From positions 43,690-107,689 of the IMG/VR virus record IMGVR_UViG_3300002092_001237: a stretch of DNA of 64,000 bases. One strand, given 5' to 3'. The notes under the pieces were generated by a model. That model was not told the DNA's origin. It did not search any database and saw only the letters and a program-made list of their open reading frames with translations. This DNA comes from a virus. The translations under genes were made by a program, and so were the position numbers. This document shows, piece by piece, positions 1 to 8,825 of this stretch (positions are counted from its first letter, which is position 1; every line of letters starts with the position of its first letter).

Positions 1-761
1 TCACCACGATACTTAGAACCTGCTAACAATGCACCAATATCGAGATTATAAAGTGTATGATCCTTTAAGAATTCCGGTACATTACCATGTACTATATTGA
101 ACGCAAGTCCTTCTGCAATAGCAGTCTTACCAACTCCGGGATCGCCTACCATTATCACGTTAGCTTTATTACGACGTCCGAGTGCTAATACGATGCTTTC
201 TATCTCAGTTTCACGACCAATAACTGGATCGATCTTTTCTTTTTCTACTGCTTGATTTAGATTAGTAGTAAATTGCGCTAATAGTTTATCAAATTGGCTA
301 TTACCGGAAAATGTTTCTTCGTCTATCTGTATAGTTTCATCGTTAATATATTCGGATAGTTTTTCTTTAGTAAATCCTGCTTTATTGAGGTAATAGACTG
401 CATAACTTTTCTTTTCACTCATTATGCTCACTAGCAAATCCATAATTTCAATCTTATTTTTTCCTTTAAATAAGACCTGTGTAAATGCTCTATTCAGTGA
501 ACGTTCTACTGATGTGGTTTTTTTAGCCTTTACCCTACGAGTTGATTTAATATCGTTGAGTTTATGCATTATATAATGTTCTACATTAGTTCTAACGAAA
601 TCAGTTTCTCCAGAAAAGTCTTCGATAAACAGTAGGAACGGTTCGAAAGTAAAAAGTGCTAGAACTACGTGCTCTAATGTCAAGTATTCGTGGTTATGTG
701 TTCCTGCGATGTCTAATGCTTTATCAAAGACTAGCTGTAGGTCTTCTGATGGTTCTAACAT
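1..761 (-). CDS. clpA: ATP-dependent Clp protease ATPase subunit ClpA (5' part, runs off window start)
   Basis: Not in ORF track. Manual translation MLEPSEDLQLVFDKALDIA..HEYLTLEHV (Clp N domain), Walker A GDPGVGKTAIAEGLA, and DIGALLAGSKYRG. Confidence 0.9.
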   Translation of the reverse strand, partial: MLEPSEDLQLVFDKALDIAGTHNHEYLTLEHVVLALFTFEPFLLFIEDFSGETDFVRTNVEHYIMHKLNDIKSTRRVKAKKTTSVERSLNRAFTQVLFKGKNKIEIMDLLVSIMSEKKSYAVYYLNKAGFTKEKLSEYINDETIQIDEETFSGNSQFDKLLAQFTTNLNQAVEKEKIDPVIGRETEIESIVLALGRRNKANVIMVGDPGVGKTAIAEGLAFNIVHGNVPEFLKDHTLYNLDIGALLAGSKYRG

Positions 762-790
762 TATATAAAATTCTCCATTGTTATATGTGT

Positions 791-818
791 ATTATAGCGT
801 ATTTTGTGTAAAAGTCAA
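791..818 (-). promoter_or_regulatory. sigma70-like promoter upstream of clpA
   Basis: TTGACT-N16-TATAAT on minus strand; similar TTGAC..TATAAT boxes recur in many intergenic gaps. Confidence 0.6.
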
Positions 819-1705
819 GAGCTACGACGGACTCTTTCGGCTAACCTATCAACTAAAATCTTAGTCTCAGTATCTGTTATAATTGGTGTTTTTATCTTAA
901 CGATGACGTGTAGATCTCCTCGCACATTAGAGAATCTAACATTCTTAAATCCCATGCCTTTGCAACTAAATCTCTGTCCATGTTGAGCTCCGGCTCTTAT
1001 AGTAACATCTACCATGTTACCGTCGATATTTGAGATAGATTTAGTACAGCCGAGCATCGCATCGAATATATCTATTTCAGTTTCGGTTATTAGATTCAGT
1101 TCTTCTCGGAAGAAATTATTATCCCTATCTACTTCTATAGATATCGTTAGATCGCCTCTCGGTATACCTCTGATGCTATTATCACCATACCCGTCTAGTT
1201 TAATAATATGTCCATTGTCAATACCTGGTGGTATATTAAAGTCTACTTTCTCTTCTCCACTGCCAGGCAAGCGATAGTTAATACTCATACTTTTACCTAT
1301 ATAAGCATCACGTAGGCTAATACGACAACGTATATTTAAATCTTTGTTTTTTTGCGGTTGGTGCTGTGCGTGATTGAATTGGAATCCAAAATTCTTCATC
1401 ATATCTTCAAACATATCATTCTGATGGAATTGGGCAAAACCGTCTCCAAATGAGAATGTATGTGTTTGGTGGAATGGTCCACCGCCCGTATGGCTACGGA
1501 ACTGATGTTGTTGATTTCCTTGGAAATCGTACCTAGCTTTAGTCTCAGGGTCGCTTAATATAGTATAGGCTTCGTTTAATTGTTTAAATTTATTTTCATC
1601 GCCGCCTCGATCGGGGTGGTGTTCGCGAGCCAATTTACGGAATGCTTGTTTTATATCTTCGGGGGTTGCGTTTCTATCGACGCCTAGTGTTGAATAATGA
1701 TCCAT
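815..1705 (-). CDS. dnaJ: DnaJ-class co-chaperone (type II, CbpA-like)
   Basis: J-domain with HPD, G/F-rich linker, C-terminal domain with GDL motifs, no Zn finger. Confidence 0.93.
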   Translation of the reverse strand: MDHYSTLGVDRNATPEDIKQAFRKLAREHHPDRGGDENKFKQLNEAYTILSDPETKARYDFQGNQQHQFRSHTGGGPFHQTHTFSFGDGFAQFHQNDMFEDMMKNFGFQFNHAQHQPQKNKDLNIRCRISLRDAYIGKSMSINYRLPGSGEEKVDFNIPPGIDNGHIIKLDGYGDNSIRGIPRGDLTISIEVDRDNNFFREELNLITETEIDIFDAMLGCTKSISNIDGNMVDVTIRAGAQHGQRFSCKGMGFKNVRFSNVRGDLHVIVKIKTPIITDTETKILVDRLAERVRRSS

Positions 1706-1737
1706 GCTCTTACTTATTTTCCCATTATTAATGGAGA

Positions 1738-2469
1738 TTATTTTGTGAGCTTGAGTACCAAGACGCTGTTGTCATTCTCAAACACGAAATGATCTCCGTA
1801 TTTGGTTATATTATAGTCACCAAAGTATTTTGTCAACCACATAGTTTCGCTAGTACTAGTCTCATCCATTCGTATAGTACCTGCTAGATTATTTAATATT
1901 TCTGTTCGAGTACCATAGTTAATCAGTTCCATTTTTAACGAACTATTATAAGAACGCTTTACTGTTAATACATGATTTTCCATCATTATATATTCTAGTG
2001 GACTTTTGCGGAAGAAGAAGCGAATGTCGTTTTCAAATACCCCATCCATCTTCTGTCTATAAGTAGCAGCAGTGATAGGTACTATATTTCTCAATTCGGG
2101 CAAAGGGTGGCTCTTGAGATCTTTGTAATAGCGGAAACGCCAATCACCTATCTCGCATAGCTGTTCTAGCCCGTAGATCAAATCATCAATCTGGCTAACG
2201 ACCCTACGATCTCGTTCCATTTCTACGAATACTTTGAAAACGTTTTTTTCTACTTCGCCGTTGCTAACATCTGCGTCCAATACGAAGTCATAACCTTTCT
2301 CTATAAAGTTGACTAGATCCTGTGCCGGATCGTGGCCTGTTACTTCGAAGCTGAGTACTATAATGTCATCGTCGCTGCCCATCTTGCTGCGATACGTGTC
2401 GATTTCAAATATATGTTTTACGAGATCTTTTAGATCTTTAGGTTTAAGGCCTTCATTGAGCTGGTGCAT
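1738..2469 (-). CDS. hypothetical phage protein
   Basis: 243 aa ORF in operon, overlaps upstream gene. Confidence 0.7.
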   Translation of the reverse strand: MHQLNEGLKPKDLKDLVKHIFEIDTYRSKMGSDDDIIVLSFEVTGHDPAQDLVNFIEKGYDFVLDADVSNGEVEKNVFKVFVEMERDRRVVSQIDDLIYGLEQLCEIGDWRFRYYKDLKSHPLPELRNIVPITAATYRQKMDGVFENDIRFFFRKSPLEYIMMENHVLTVKRSYNSSLKMELINYGTRTEILNNLAGTIRMDETSTSETMWLTKYFGDYNITKYGDHFVFENDNSVLVLKLTK

Positions 2470-3013
2470 TAGCTACTGGTTCCTGTGCTGTTGTTTCGCC
2501 CACTGCTGCGTCTGCTGCTTGTGCTGTTGGTTTGTTAGAATCTGTATCATTATATTGATAGATTGATTCTAAATCAACTTTAGTATCTTCTGAATCTCTG
2601 ACAGTTCCTTTAAACACATCAAATATTAATTGTTTAGGCATTTTAATGTGTACTATCCAGATGGGATGATCGTCTATTTTTCCCTTTTTGCTGTTAGGCC
2701 GGAAATCGCTCGGTTCTTCTACTCTACGTGGTTTCTTTAACACATCCATCGAATAACCTATTTTACAACCGTAATCCAACAATTTCTTACCACCCATTGG
2801 GTCGGGCATTTTCTCTTTCGGCCACATAAAACTACACTCTACAAAGTGTCTGCTAACATTAGGTCCGGCAACTAGCTCGCCATCTTCCCAATTCTTGAAC
2901 ACATAGATGTCTAGTTCATCTATAACACGTTCAAAGTCTTTTAGCATACGAAGGCTATTGTTGCTATCATATATGTTAGAAATGTTTTTAATAATATCAA
3001 CTTGATCGGTCAT
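2453..3013 (-). CDS. hypothetical phage protein
   Basis: 186 aa ORF with GATAAATA motif upstream. Confidence 0.7.
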   Translation of the reverse strand: MTDQVDIIKNISNIYDSNNSLRMLKDFERVIDELDIYVFKNWEDGELVAGPNVSRHFVECSFMWPKEKMPDPMGGKKLLDYGCKIGYSMDVLKKPRRVEEPSDFRPNSKKGKIDDHPIWIVHIKMPKQLIFDVFKGTVRDSEDTKVDLESIYQYNDTDSNKPTAQAADAAVGETTAQEPVANAPAQ

Positions 3014-3155
3014 TCGGTATCTCTCTTATGCTTTTTATTTATCGTTCAAAATCACTATGTTATAGGTTATGATCTGTCATTATACCTTAAATACTTTGTG
3101 GACACTAGTCCTCGTTTTGGACAGTGTCCTCCGACAATGAGAAGGAGAACTGCAT

Positions 3156-3887
3156 TTGTCTAGACAACGAGCTAATAGAAAGCACTCACGTTTCAACGAT
3201 AATAACAACATAATAAATTTCCAAGAATATATTCCAGAAAAAAAGAAACAAGTTAGGATAGTTCCCCGCAATAAATCGCAGGACAACTATATGAAAAAAT
3301 TACAAGACCCTGATAAAACTATGATATTTGCCATAGGACCAGCAGGGACAGGTAAGACGCTATTAGCCACACAGACAGCAGTTAAACTACTAAAAGAAAA
3401 ACAGATCGAAAAGATCATCGTGACACGCCCAGCAGTTTCAGTTGATGAACAACATGGGTTTTTACCAGGTACACTAGAAAAGAAAATGGAACCCTGGACT
3501 CGTCCAATATTCGACGTTTTTGCAGAATATTATTATGCCAAAGAAATCCAAAACATGCTCCTCGAAGGGGTTATTGAAGTAAGTCCCTTGGCATATATGC
3601 GCGGAAGGACTTTTAAGAATTCTTTCGTATTAGCGGACGAAATGCAGAACGCAACACCTAACCAAATGAAGATGCTATTAACTCGCATAGGTGAGAACAG
3701 CAGAATGGTTATAACAGGTGATCTAAAACAAGCTGACAGACTAGAGGATAACGGGCTGATCGAATTTATCCGCCTCCTCGAAGAATCCGATTTTAGCCAC
3801 AGGTATGTTGACATAGTCAACTTTGGCCAGAAGGATATCGAGCGTCATCCTGCTGTTAAGGAAATTTTAGAAATATACGGCGATTAA
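3156..3887 (+). CDS. phoH: PhoH-like ATPase
   Basis: GPAGTGKT, RPAV, GFLPG, YMRGRTF, DEMQN, GDLKQAD; SD AAGGAG. Confidence 0.95.
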   Translation: MSRQRANRKHSRFNDNNNIINFQEYIPEKKKQVRIVPRNKSQDNYMKKLQDPDKTMIFAIGPAGTGKTLLATQTAVKLLKEKQIEKIIVTRPAVSVDEQHGFLPGTLEKKMEPWTRPIFDVFAEYYYAKEIQNMLLEGVIEVSPLAYMRGRTFKNSFVLADEMQNATPNQMKMLLTRIGENSRMVITGDLKQADRLEDNGLIEFIRLLEESDFSHRYVDIVNFGQKDIERHPAVKEILEIYGD

Positions 3888-4807
3888 GCTGTAAGGGCAG
3901 CTATTCGGATCAGAGTAGCTGCGAGATTTATCTCAGGGTCGGCCACCAATGTGTGGTCGACTAATCCCTGCTTAATTGCTAATATGGCTTTCTCTTGTAT
4001 CTTATCATCAGGACTGATAAGTTCAAGATTGTCATACAACCAGCGATATACGCTCTCGATTTCTTCGGGCTGTACACTCTTGCATACTAGCTTACGAGCA
4101 TCGCTGATCTTACCTGCTTTAAATAACGATACCATATCTAAACGCCAGTCAGCTTCTGTCTTATCGTTTTTATCTGGAGCTACAAGTGTTCCAGTTCCGC
4201 TGTTCATCTGTACTAGATTAATACACTTACGCAGATCTGGATATGTTGCTTTAACATAAGTGTCTAGCGTATCGAGATCTAAGTCGATACTTTCTGTCAC
4301 TAGGATAGTCGCAACACGAGCAGTAAATTCATCCTTATCAATCGTCTCTATATGAAACCCTTGACAACGACTATGAAGTGCTGGGATAATCTTATTGGGA
4401 TAATTACAGGTTAGGATAAAGCGTACAGTATGATGATATTCTTCCATAACACCACGTAATGCTGCTTGTGCGTTGTGTGAAAGATAATCAGCCTCATCGA
4501 GTAGGATAATTTTAAAAGCACCAAACGGTATCATCTGTGAGAATTTGACAACTTTATCTCTCACGTCATCGACTGAGTTTGTACGTGAAGCGTTGATCTC
4601 GAGGATGTCGAAGTGATTAATATCAAGTTCGTGGAACAGCATCTTAGCTAGGGTAGTTTTACCTATACCGGCAGATCCACTGAATAATAGATGAGGAATT
4701 GACCCGTTCTTAATCCAAGATTGTACCTGCTGTTTTTGATTATCGTCACGGAATACATATTCACCGATTGTCTTGGGCCTATAAGCCTCTACCCATAGTT
4801 CTTTCAA
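3884..4807 (-). CDS. Clamp loader subunit (RFC small subunit / T4 gp44-like)
   Basis: LWVEAYRP, GSAGIGKTT, LEINAS, DEAD, SRC motif. Confidence 0.92.
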   Translation of the reverse strand: MKELWVEAYRPKTIGEYVFRDDNQKQQVQSWIKNGSIPHLLFSGSAGIGKTTLAKMLFHELDINHFDILEINASRTNSVDDVRDKVVKFSQMIPFGAFKIILLDEADYLSHNAQAALRGVMEEYHHTVRFILTCNYPNKIIPALHSRCQGFHIETIDKDEFTARVATILVTESIDLDLDTLDTYVKATYPDLRKCINLVQMNSGTGTLVAPDKNDKTEADWRLDMVSLFKAGKISDARKLVCKSVQPEEIESVYRWLYDNLELISPDDKIQEKAILAIKQGLVDHTLVADPEINLAATLIRIAALTA

Positions 4808-5010
4808 GACTTATTTCCTTTGACTAATCTTGCCACGTCTGCTGGACTCTGTTCAACTTCCCAACTAGTACCTTGCGAACCACCATAAACTATCGTCTTT
4901 AGGCTACCACCTGGTTGTGCTGGTGCTTCAAACACTGCTACGATCCAGTCTGGATTGATGTATATTGGATTGCCTAAATGTGCTTCTGCTGCGTTTGTTA
5001 ATTTAATCAT
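4804..5010 (-). CDS. small protein, FlbD/SwrD-family-like
   Basis: Pattern MIKLT..IYINPDWI..T.V..WEVEQSP.DV resembles the FlbD family. Confidence 0.5.
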   Translation of the reverse strand: MIKLTNAAEAHLGNPIYINPDWIVAVFEAPAQPGGSLKTIVYGGSQGTSWEVEQSPADVARLVKGNKS

Positions 5011-5372
5011 CTCATCATCTCCATGCTGACTATCTTGCTGAACGATTCGACGAAGTTTTGTTCAGTTGGAATTACATATACTTTACTTTCATTGCGGTCG
5101 CGTTTGTTATCATATCTTCGAAACTCAACGATCTGACCACCAGTAGCACCGTAAATAGTGACATTAAGCCCTTCGGCAGCAAGGTTAAAATTATTCGTTG
5201 GACCCACAGGTGAAACTGGTCCTCGACGACTTTCGAGCACTGTATTATCCCATGCTTCTTTGGCCTTTTTAGAAAACCAACGATCGATAAAATTCATTTT
5301 CTTAGGTTGTACTTCTTGAACATCTTGAGTTGGATATATAGACATTTTAGATGCTGCCTGTGAAATATTCAT
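5007..5372 (-). CDS. hypothetical protein
   Basis: 121 aa ORF with ATGA coupling, SD GGAG. Confidence 0.7.
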   Translation of the reverse strand: MNISQAASKMSIYPTQDVQEVQPKKMNFIDRWFSKKAKEAWDNTVLESRRGPVSPVGPTNNFNLAAEGLNVTIYGATGGQIVEFRRYDNKRDRNESKVYVIPTEQNFVESFSKIVSMEMMR

Positions 5373-5527
5373 TTACGGTTCTCCTGCCCGATGGCACTTA
5401 GGATTAACATAACATAGAGTATAGGCCAAGCCCAACCTGTTAGGTGGTCTGTCACATGCATTACCATAAGACAGATACCTGTTAATCCCATAGTACCTAA
5501 ACCAGAACTAGCGTTGCTAAACTTCAC
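5369..5527 (-). CDS. small 2-TM membrane protein (52 aa, below ORF-track cutoff)
   Basis: GTG..TGA, MKFSNASSGLGTMGLTGICLMVMHVTDHLTGWAWPILYVMLILSAIGQENRK; 4-nt overlaps on both sides. Confidence 0.7.
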   Translation of the reverse strand: MKFSNASSGLGTMGLTGICLMVMHVTDHLTGWAWPILYVMLILSAIGQENRK

Positions 5528-5958
5528 AGGTCACCTTCCTTACGATTCTCGCTATAGAACGCATCAAAATGTCCACCCGGATAACGTGCTTCTAACTTAC
5601 GCACATTTTCCGCTATCACTTCGTTTGGATTTAGATGCAATGCTCTGCAGGCATTGGTCCAATACCACATGATATCGCCTAGTTCGCGCTTCATATGGAA
5701 TAGATTATCATCTGTTAGTGGCTTACCTTGGAATAACATCTTCTTAACGATTTCGTTGAACTCGCCAGTTTCGCTTGAAAGCCCAAGCGCACCGGTAAGT
5801 AGCAATGGAACATTGATATCGGGTCCATGCATACCCTCACTAAAGTTTGCATCTAGATCGTCTAACCGATTCATAAAACTTGTTAGATCGCTACTTTCTT
5901 TGCTTGTTACTTCAAATACGAAATCACTGTATTTGTTTAGATCAATTTTATCTGACAT
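5524..5958 (-). CDS. mazG: MazG-like nucleotide pyrophosphohydrolase
   Basis: GLSSETGEFNEIVKK..ELGDIMWY..N.RKLEARY. Confidence 0.88.
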   Translation of the reverse strand: MSDKIDLNKYSDFVFEVTSKESSDLTSFMNRLDDLDANFSEGMHGPDINVPLLLTGALGLSSETGEFNEIVKKMLFQGKPLTDDNLFHMKRELGDIMWYWTNACRALHLNPNEVIAENVRKLEARYPGGHFDAFYSENRKEGDL

Positions 5959-5966
5959 ATCTATCC

Positions 5967-6329
5967 TTAAAGGTTTAAGTTTACCATCTTCTCTTCGACA
6001 ACATATGCATCTGCTGGCTTCTCATCACTTATCATTAATATAGCATCGTTGTCTGCTTTACGCAAGGTTTTTATATTACCTTCATCATCTTCTAGTTCGA
6101 ATCCACGTGTCCATCTACCGTGTTCTAGCAATATCCAATCGCCTGCTTGTATATCTTGTTGTTCCGGACCAACCGCATATACCTTACCCCACCGAGGTTT
6201 GATACCCATACCTTTGCCATCATCACTCATAATGATGATACCACTTGCTGTCTTTTGTTCGCCAAAGTCCATTTCTTCTACGATCACGTGATCACGGATC
6301 GGAGTTAGTTTACCGATTATAGTTGACAT
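5967..6329 (-). CDS. groES: GroES/Cpn10 co-chaperonin
   Basis: LTPIRDHVIVE..KTASGIII..GKVYAVGP. Confidence 0.88.
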   Translation of the reverse strand: MSTIIGKLTPIRDHVIVEEMDFGEQKTASGIIIMSDDGKGMGIKPRWGKVYAVGPEQQDIQAGDWILLEHGRWTRGFELEDDEGNIKTLRKADNDAILMISDEKPADAYVVEEKMVNLNL

Positions 6330-6346
6330 AGTTTACTCCGTTGGTG

Positions 6347-6577
6347 TTATCTTCTACGTCCCATAGTCTCATCTGGGACTGCTGTAGGATTATTAGAATA
6401 GTATTCTGAGATAATATCTTCACGACGGCGTGTGATCTGTCCACCTGGACCTAACTCATCACCACGTGCATTAACACGTATATTTCCCACAGCTGGAACT
6501 AGTTCATGTTTTGCTGCTAATTTCTCAAGGTCAACGATTTTACCCTGCATCGATTTATATTGTTTTCTGATAGCCAT
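6347..6577 (-). CDS. hypothetical protein
   Basis: 76 aa ORF with SD AGGAG. Confidence 0.7.
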   Translation of the reverse strand: MAIRKQYKSMQGKIVDLEKLAAKHELVPAVGNIRVNARGDELGPGGQITRRREDIISEYYSNNPTAVPDETMGRRR

Positions 6578-6586
6578 TTTAGTCTC

Positions 6587-7126
6587 CTATTTTAAAAATT
6601 CACTGATATCTAAATCATATTTAATAGAATCAATTTTATGTACGCCTAGTAAGTATAAGCAATAACTGGCTACGCTTGACCCTCTACCTACACCCCATAA
6701 TATAGTATTTTCCCTAAATTTGTCAACCATAAATTTGAGGAATTTTAATACTTCCATCATGCCGTGTTTTTGGAACAGTTCTAATTCCATTTCTACTCTA
6801 GCTGTTTCCTCTGCCGTAGTACATAACCCTAACAGATACGATGCAATAGGATATTCTTTATATCCCAAAGGCATCAGCCAACTATGTTGGTTCAACGAGT
6901 CAAAGGACGTTATATCCATTATAGACCTGTCTTCGGGCAGAGGAATCGGCCAATCCCTCAAACCACTGTCTGTGAGATATTGTATATATTTCGCATAGTC
7001 TTCGTCATCGATGAATACATGTGCCGAATCTAGCTTATCTACATTTCCTCGATAGATCTCACGTATAAGATCTCTGCTAGAAAATGTGATTCTGCCCAGT
7101 TCGTCAGTGTACATTTTTTCCGCCAT
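6587..7126 (-). CDS. standalone DNA polymerase III alpha (DnaE)-like fragment
   Basis: RVEMELE..WGVGRGSSVASYCLYLLGVHKIDSIKYDL matches the DnaE GRGS motif; ends before the catalytic Asp residues. Confidence 0.75.
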   Translation of the reverse strand: MAEKMYTDELGRITFSSRDLIREIYRGNVDKLDSAHVFIDDEDYAKYIQYLTDSGLRDWPIPLPEDRSIMDITSFDSLNQHSWLMPLGYKEYPIASYLLGLCTTAEETARVEMELELFQKHGMMEVLKFLKFMVDKFRENTILWGVGRGSSVASYCLYLLGVHKIDSIKYDLDISEFLK

Positions 7127-7769
7127 CTATGATAGTAAATTTACCTTTGGCACTGTCTACCATTTTTGCTTCTTCTAGTTCGGTTTGGAACATCTCTGAC
7201 CATTTAAACGTACCTGTGTATATCTCATCACGGTTGATTAATACATCATAGGTTGCTGAATCGTCACGCAACCACCACGGTTGGAATTTAATATTTTCGT
7301 CTCCCCACCACTCTTCGTTAGGGGGCAGTAATTTCGTTAATTCCGGAGAATCCATATCTATAGTATATTCGATATTTTTACCCAATACACTGTTGATAGT
7401 TATATGTTCGATACTGAGATTTTCTCCAACTATATTAACTAGTTTTAGGAATATCTGGCTACCTATAGTTTGATCGTTAGTTTTTCCCGGAACCATAAAA
7501 ACATTATTTTCGATATCACCTAATACGTCGTTATCATGATCTTCTTTCGAAACCATAATCGCATTATTCATTAGTATGCTAAAGAACACTTCGATCTGTT
7601 CAAAGGCTATATCGCATAATGCTTGATTTTCGACTGTATAAAAGAATCCTATGTTAATATCGAAGTAGTTAATAGCGAACATCTTATCGATGTAGATCAT
7701 AGAACTAAAAGATGTCGACCATCTATGTGAAATCGCGTCAATCGATTTTGATAAGCTCATTGATGTCAT
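7104..7769 (-). CDS. hypothetical protein
   Basis: 221 aa ORF, coupled with neighbours. Confidence 0.65.
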   Translation of the reverse strand: MTSMSLSKSIDAISHRWSTSFSSMIYIDKMFAINYFDINIGFFYTVENQALCDIAFEQIEVFFSILMNNAIMVSKEDHDNDVLGDIENNVFMVPGKTNDQTIGSQIFLKLVNIVGENLSIEHITINSVLGKNIEYTIDMDSPELTKLLPPNEEWWGDENIKFQPWWLRDDSATYDVLINRDEIYTGTFKWSEMFQTELEEAKMVDSAKGKFTIIDGGKNVH

Positions 7770-7974
7770 TTTCTCCTGTTTCAGCAGCCAACTTAGCTTT
7801 GGCTAACTGCCTTTCTTCTCTTTCAAGTTTATAACTATCTAATAATAACACAATTTGACTAGTTACGCTAGGAGAAAATCGCATAGCTTGAAAATATCTT
7901 TGGGTTAGTTCCTGTATCTTTTTTTCTAAATCTTGTTCGCTAAAAGTTGATAAATCGATCTGTAAAGGATGCAT
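7738..7974 (-). CDS. hypothetical small coiled-coil protein
   Basis: 78 aa, TAATG coupling. Confidence 0.65.
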   Translation of the reverse strand: MHPLQIDLSTFSEQDLEKKIQELTQRYFQAMRFSPSVTSQIVLLLDSYKLEREERQLAKAKLAAETGENDINELIKID

Positions 7975-8825
7975 TAAACGTATATGCCTTTATAATCCAT
8001 ATACACAGTTGCTCCACCATCTAATGTCCAAAAATCAATGATCAGTGGGTTTGTACCACTTGCTACTGTTATTTTCGGAGTAATATATAATAAAGATCCC
8101 GCTCCACCAGCTAGATCACTCTTTAATACGCCTGCAACTCCAGTTGCGTCAACACTTTCTGATACAGTAAAGTGTGTGCTATCATTTATAGTCTTAACAT
8201 AATAGATATTGTTAGTGATTATATTGCTATCAAAACTAGTACCTGTAAACTGTATTGGTTGGTTAACTGTTAGAGTAGCGGTACTTGTGCAGGTTATTTG
8301 ATCACTAATTGAATTAGTCGCAGTGCATTGAATCGGAGTGAGTAATGTTACGGAATTTGTATTCTTTTTCAATACACCACCGTTAACTGGTTGGAAATTT
8401 ACCATATATTGGAAATAAGTGCTAACACTATTGGAATTCGTTAGATGAACTCTTATCTTTCCAGCAGTGCCACTAATTGGAAAATTCTTAATATTTAAGA
8501 CAACGTTGTTTGCTGTAATCCTAAAGGTTTGATAGTTGCCTAAGCTAAAATCAATATCAGCTGAAGTGCTAACATTTCCAGCAACATTAACCGCTTCTGA
8601 ACAGTATATTAGATTTGCTCTAGAAATTTTTACGTTTCCAAAATCATTGTCCGTATCTGTTTTAGCGGTATTCTCCATGAGGTCTTCGAGTTCGCTTTTT
8701 GTAGTTTGGAAATTCGTTTTGATATAATTGAAATTATCTCTAAATCCCTGGCTGTCGTTATCCTTACCCGCCAACGGATATGTCTCATCTATACTGCTAT
8801 AATTTATATTACTAACACTAGCCAT
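7974..8825 (-). CDS. virion structural (baseplate/tail-associated) protein
   Basis: N-terminal DNDSQGFRDNF helix, beta-rich body, position in baseplate operon. Confidence 0.6.
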   Translation of the reverse strand: MASVSNINYSSIDETYPLAGKDNDSQGFRDNFNYIKTNFQTTKSELEDLMENTAKTDTDNDFGNVKISRANLIYCSEAVNVAGNVSTSADIDFSLGNYQTFRITANNVVLNIKNFPISGTAGKIRVHLTNSNSVSTYFQYMVNFQPVNGGVLKKNTNSVTLLTPIQCTATNSISDQITCTSTATLTVNQPIQFTGTSFDSNIITNNIYYVKTINDSTHFTVSESVDATGVAGVLKSDLAGGAGSLLYITPKITVASGTNPLIIDFWTLDGGATVYMDYKGIYV

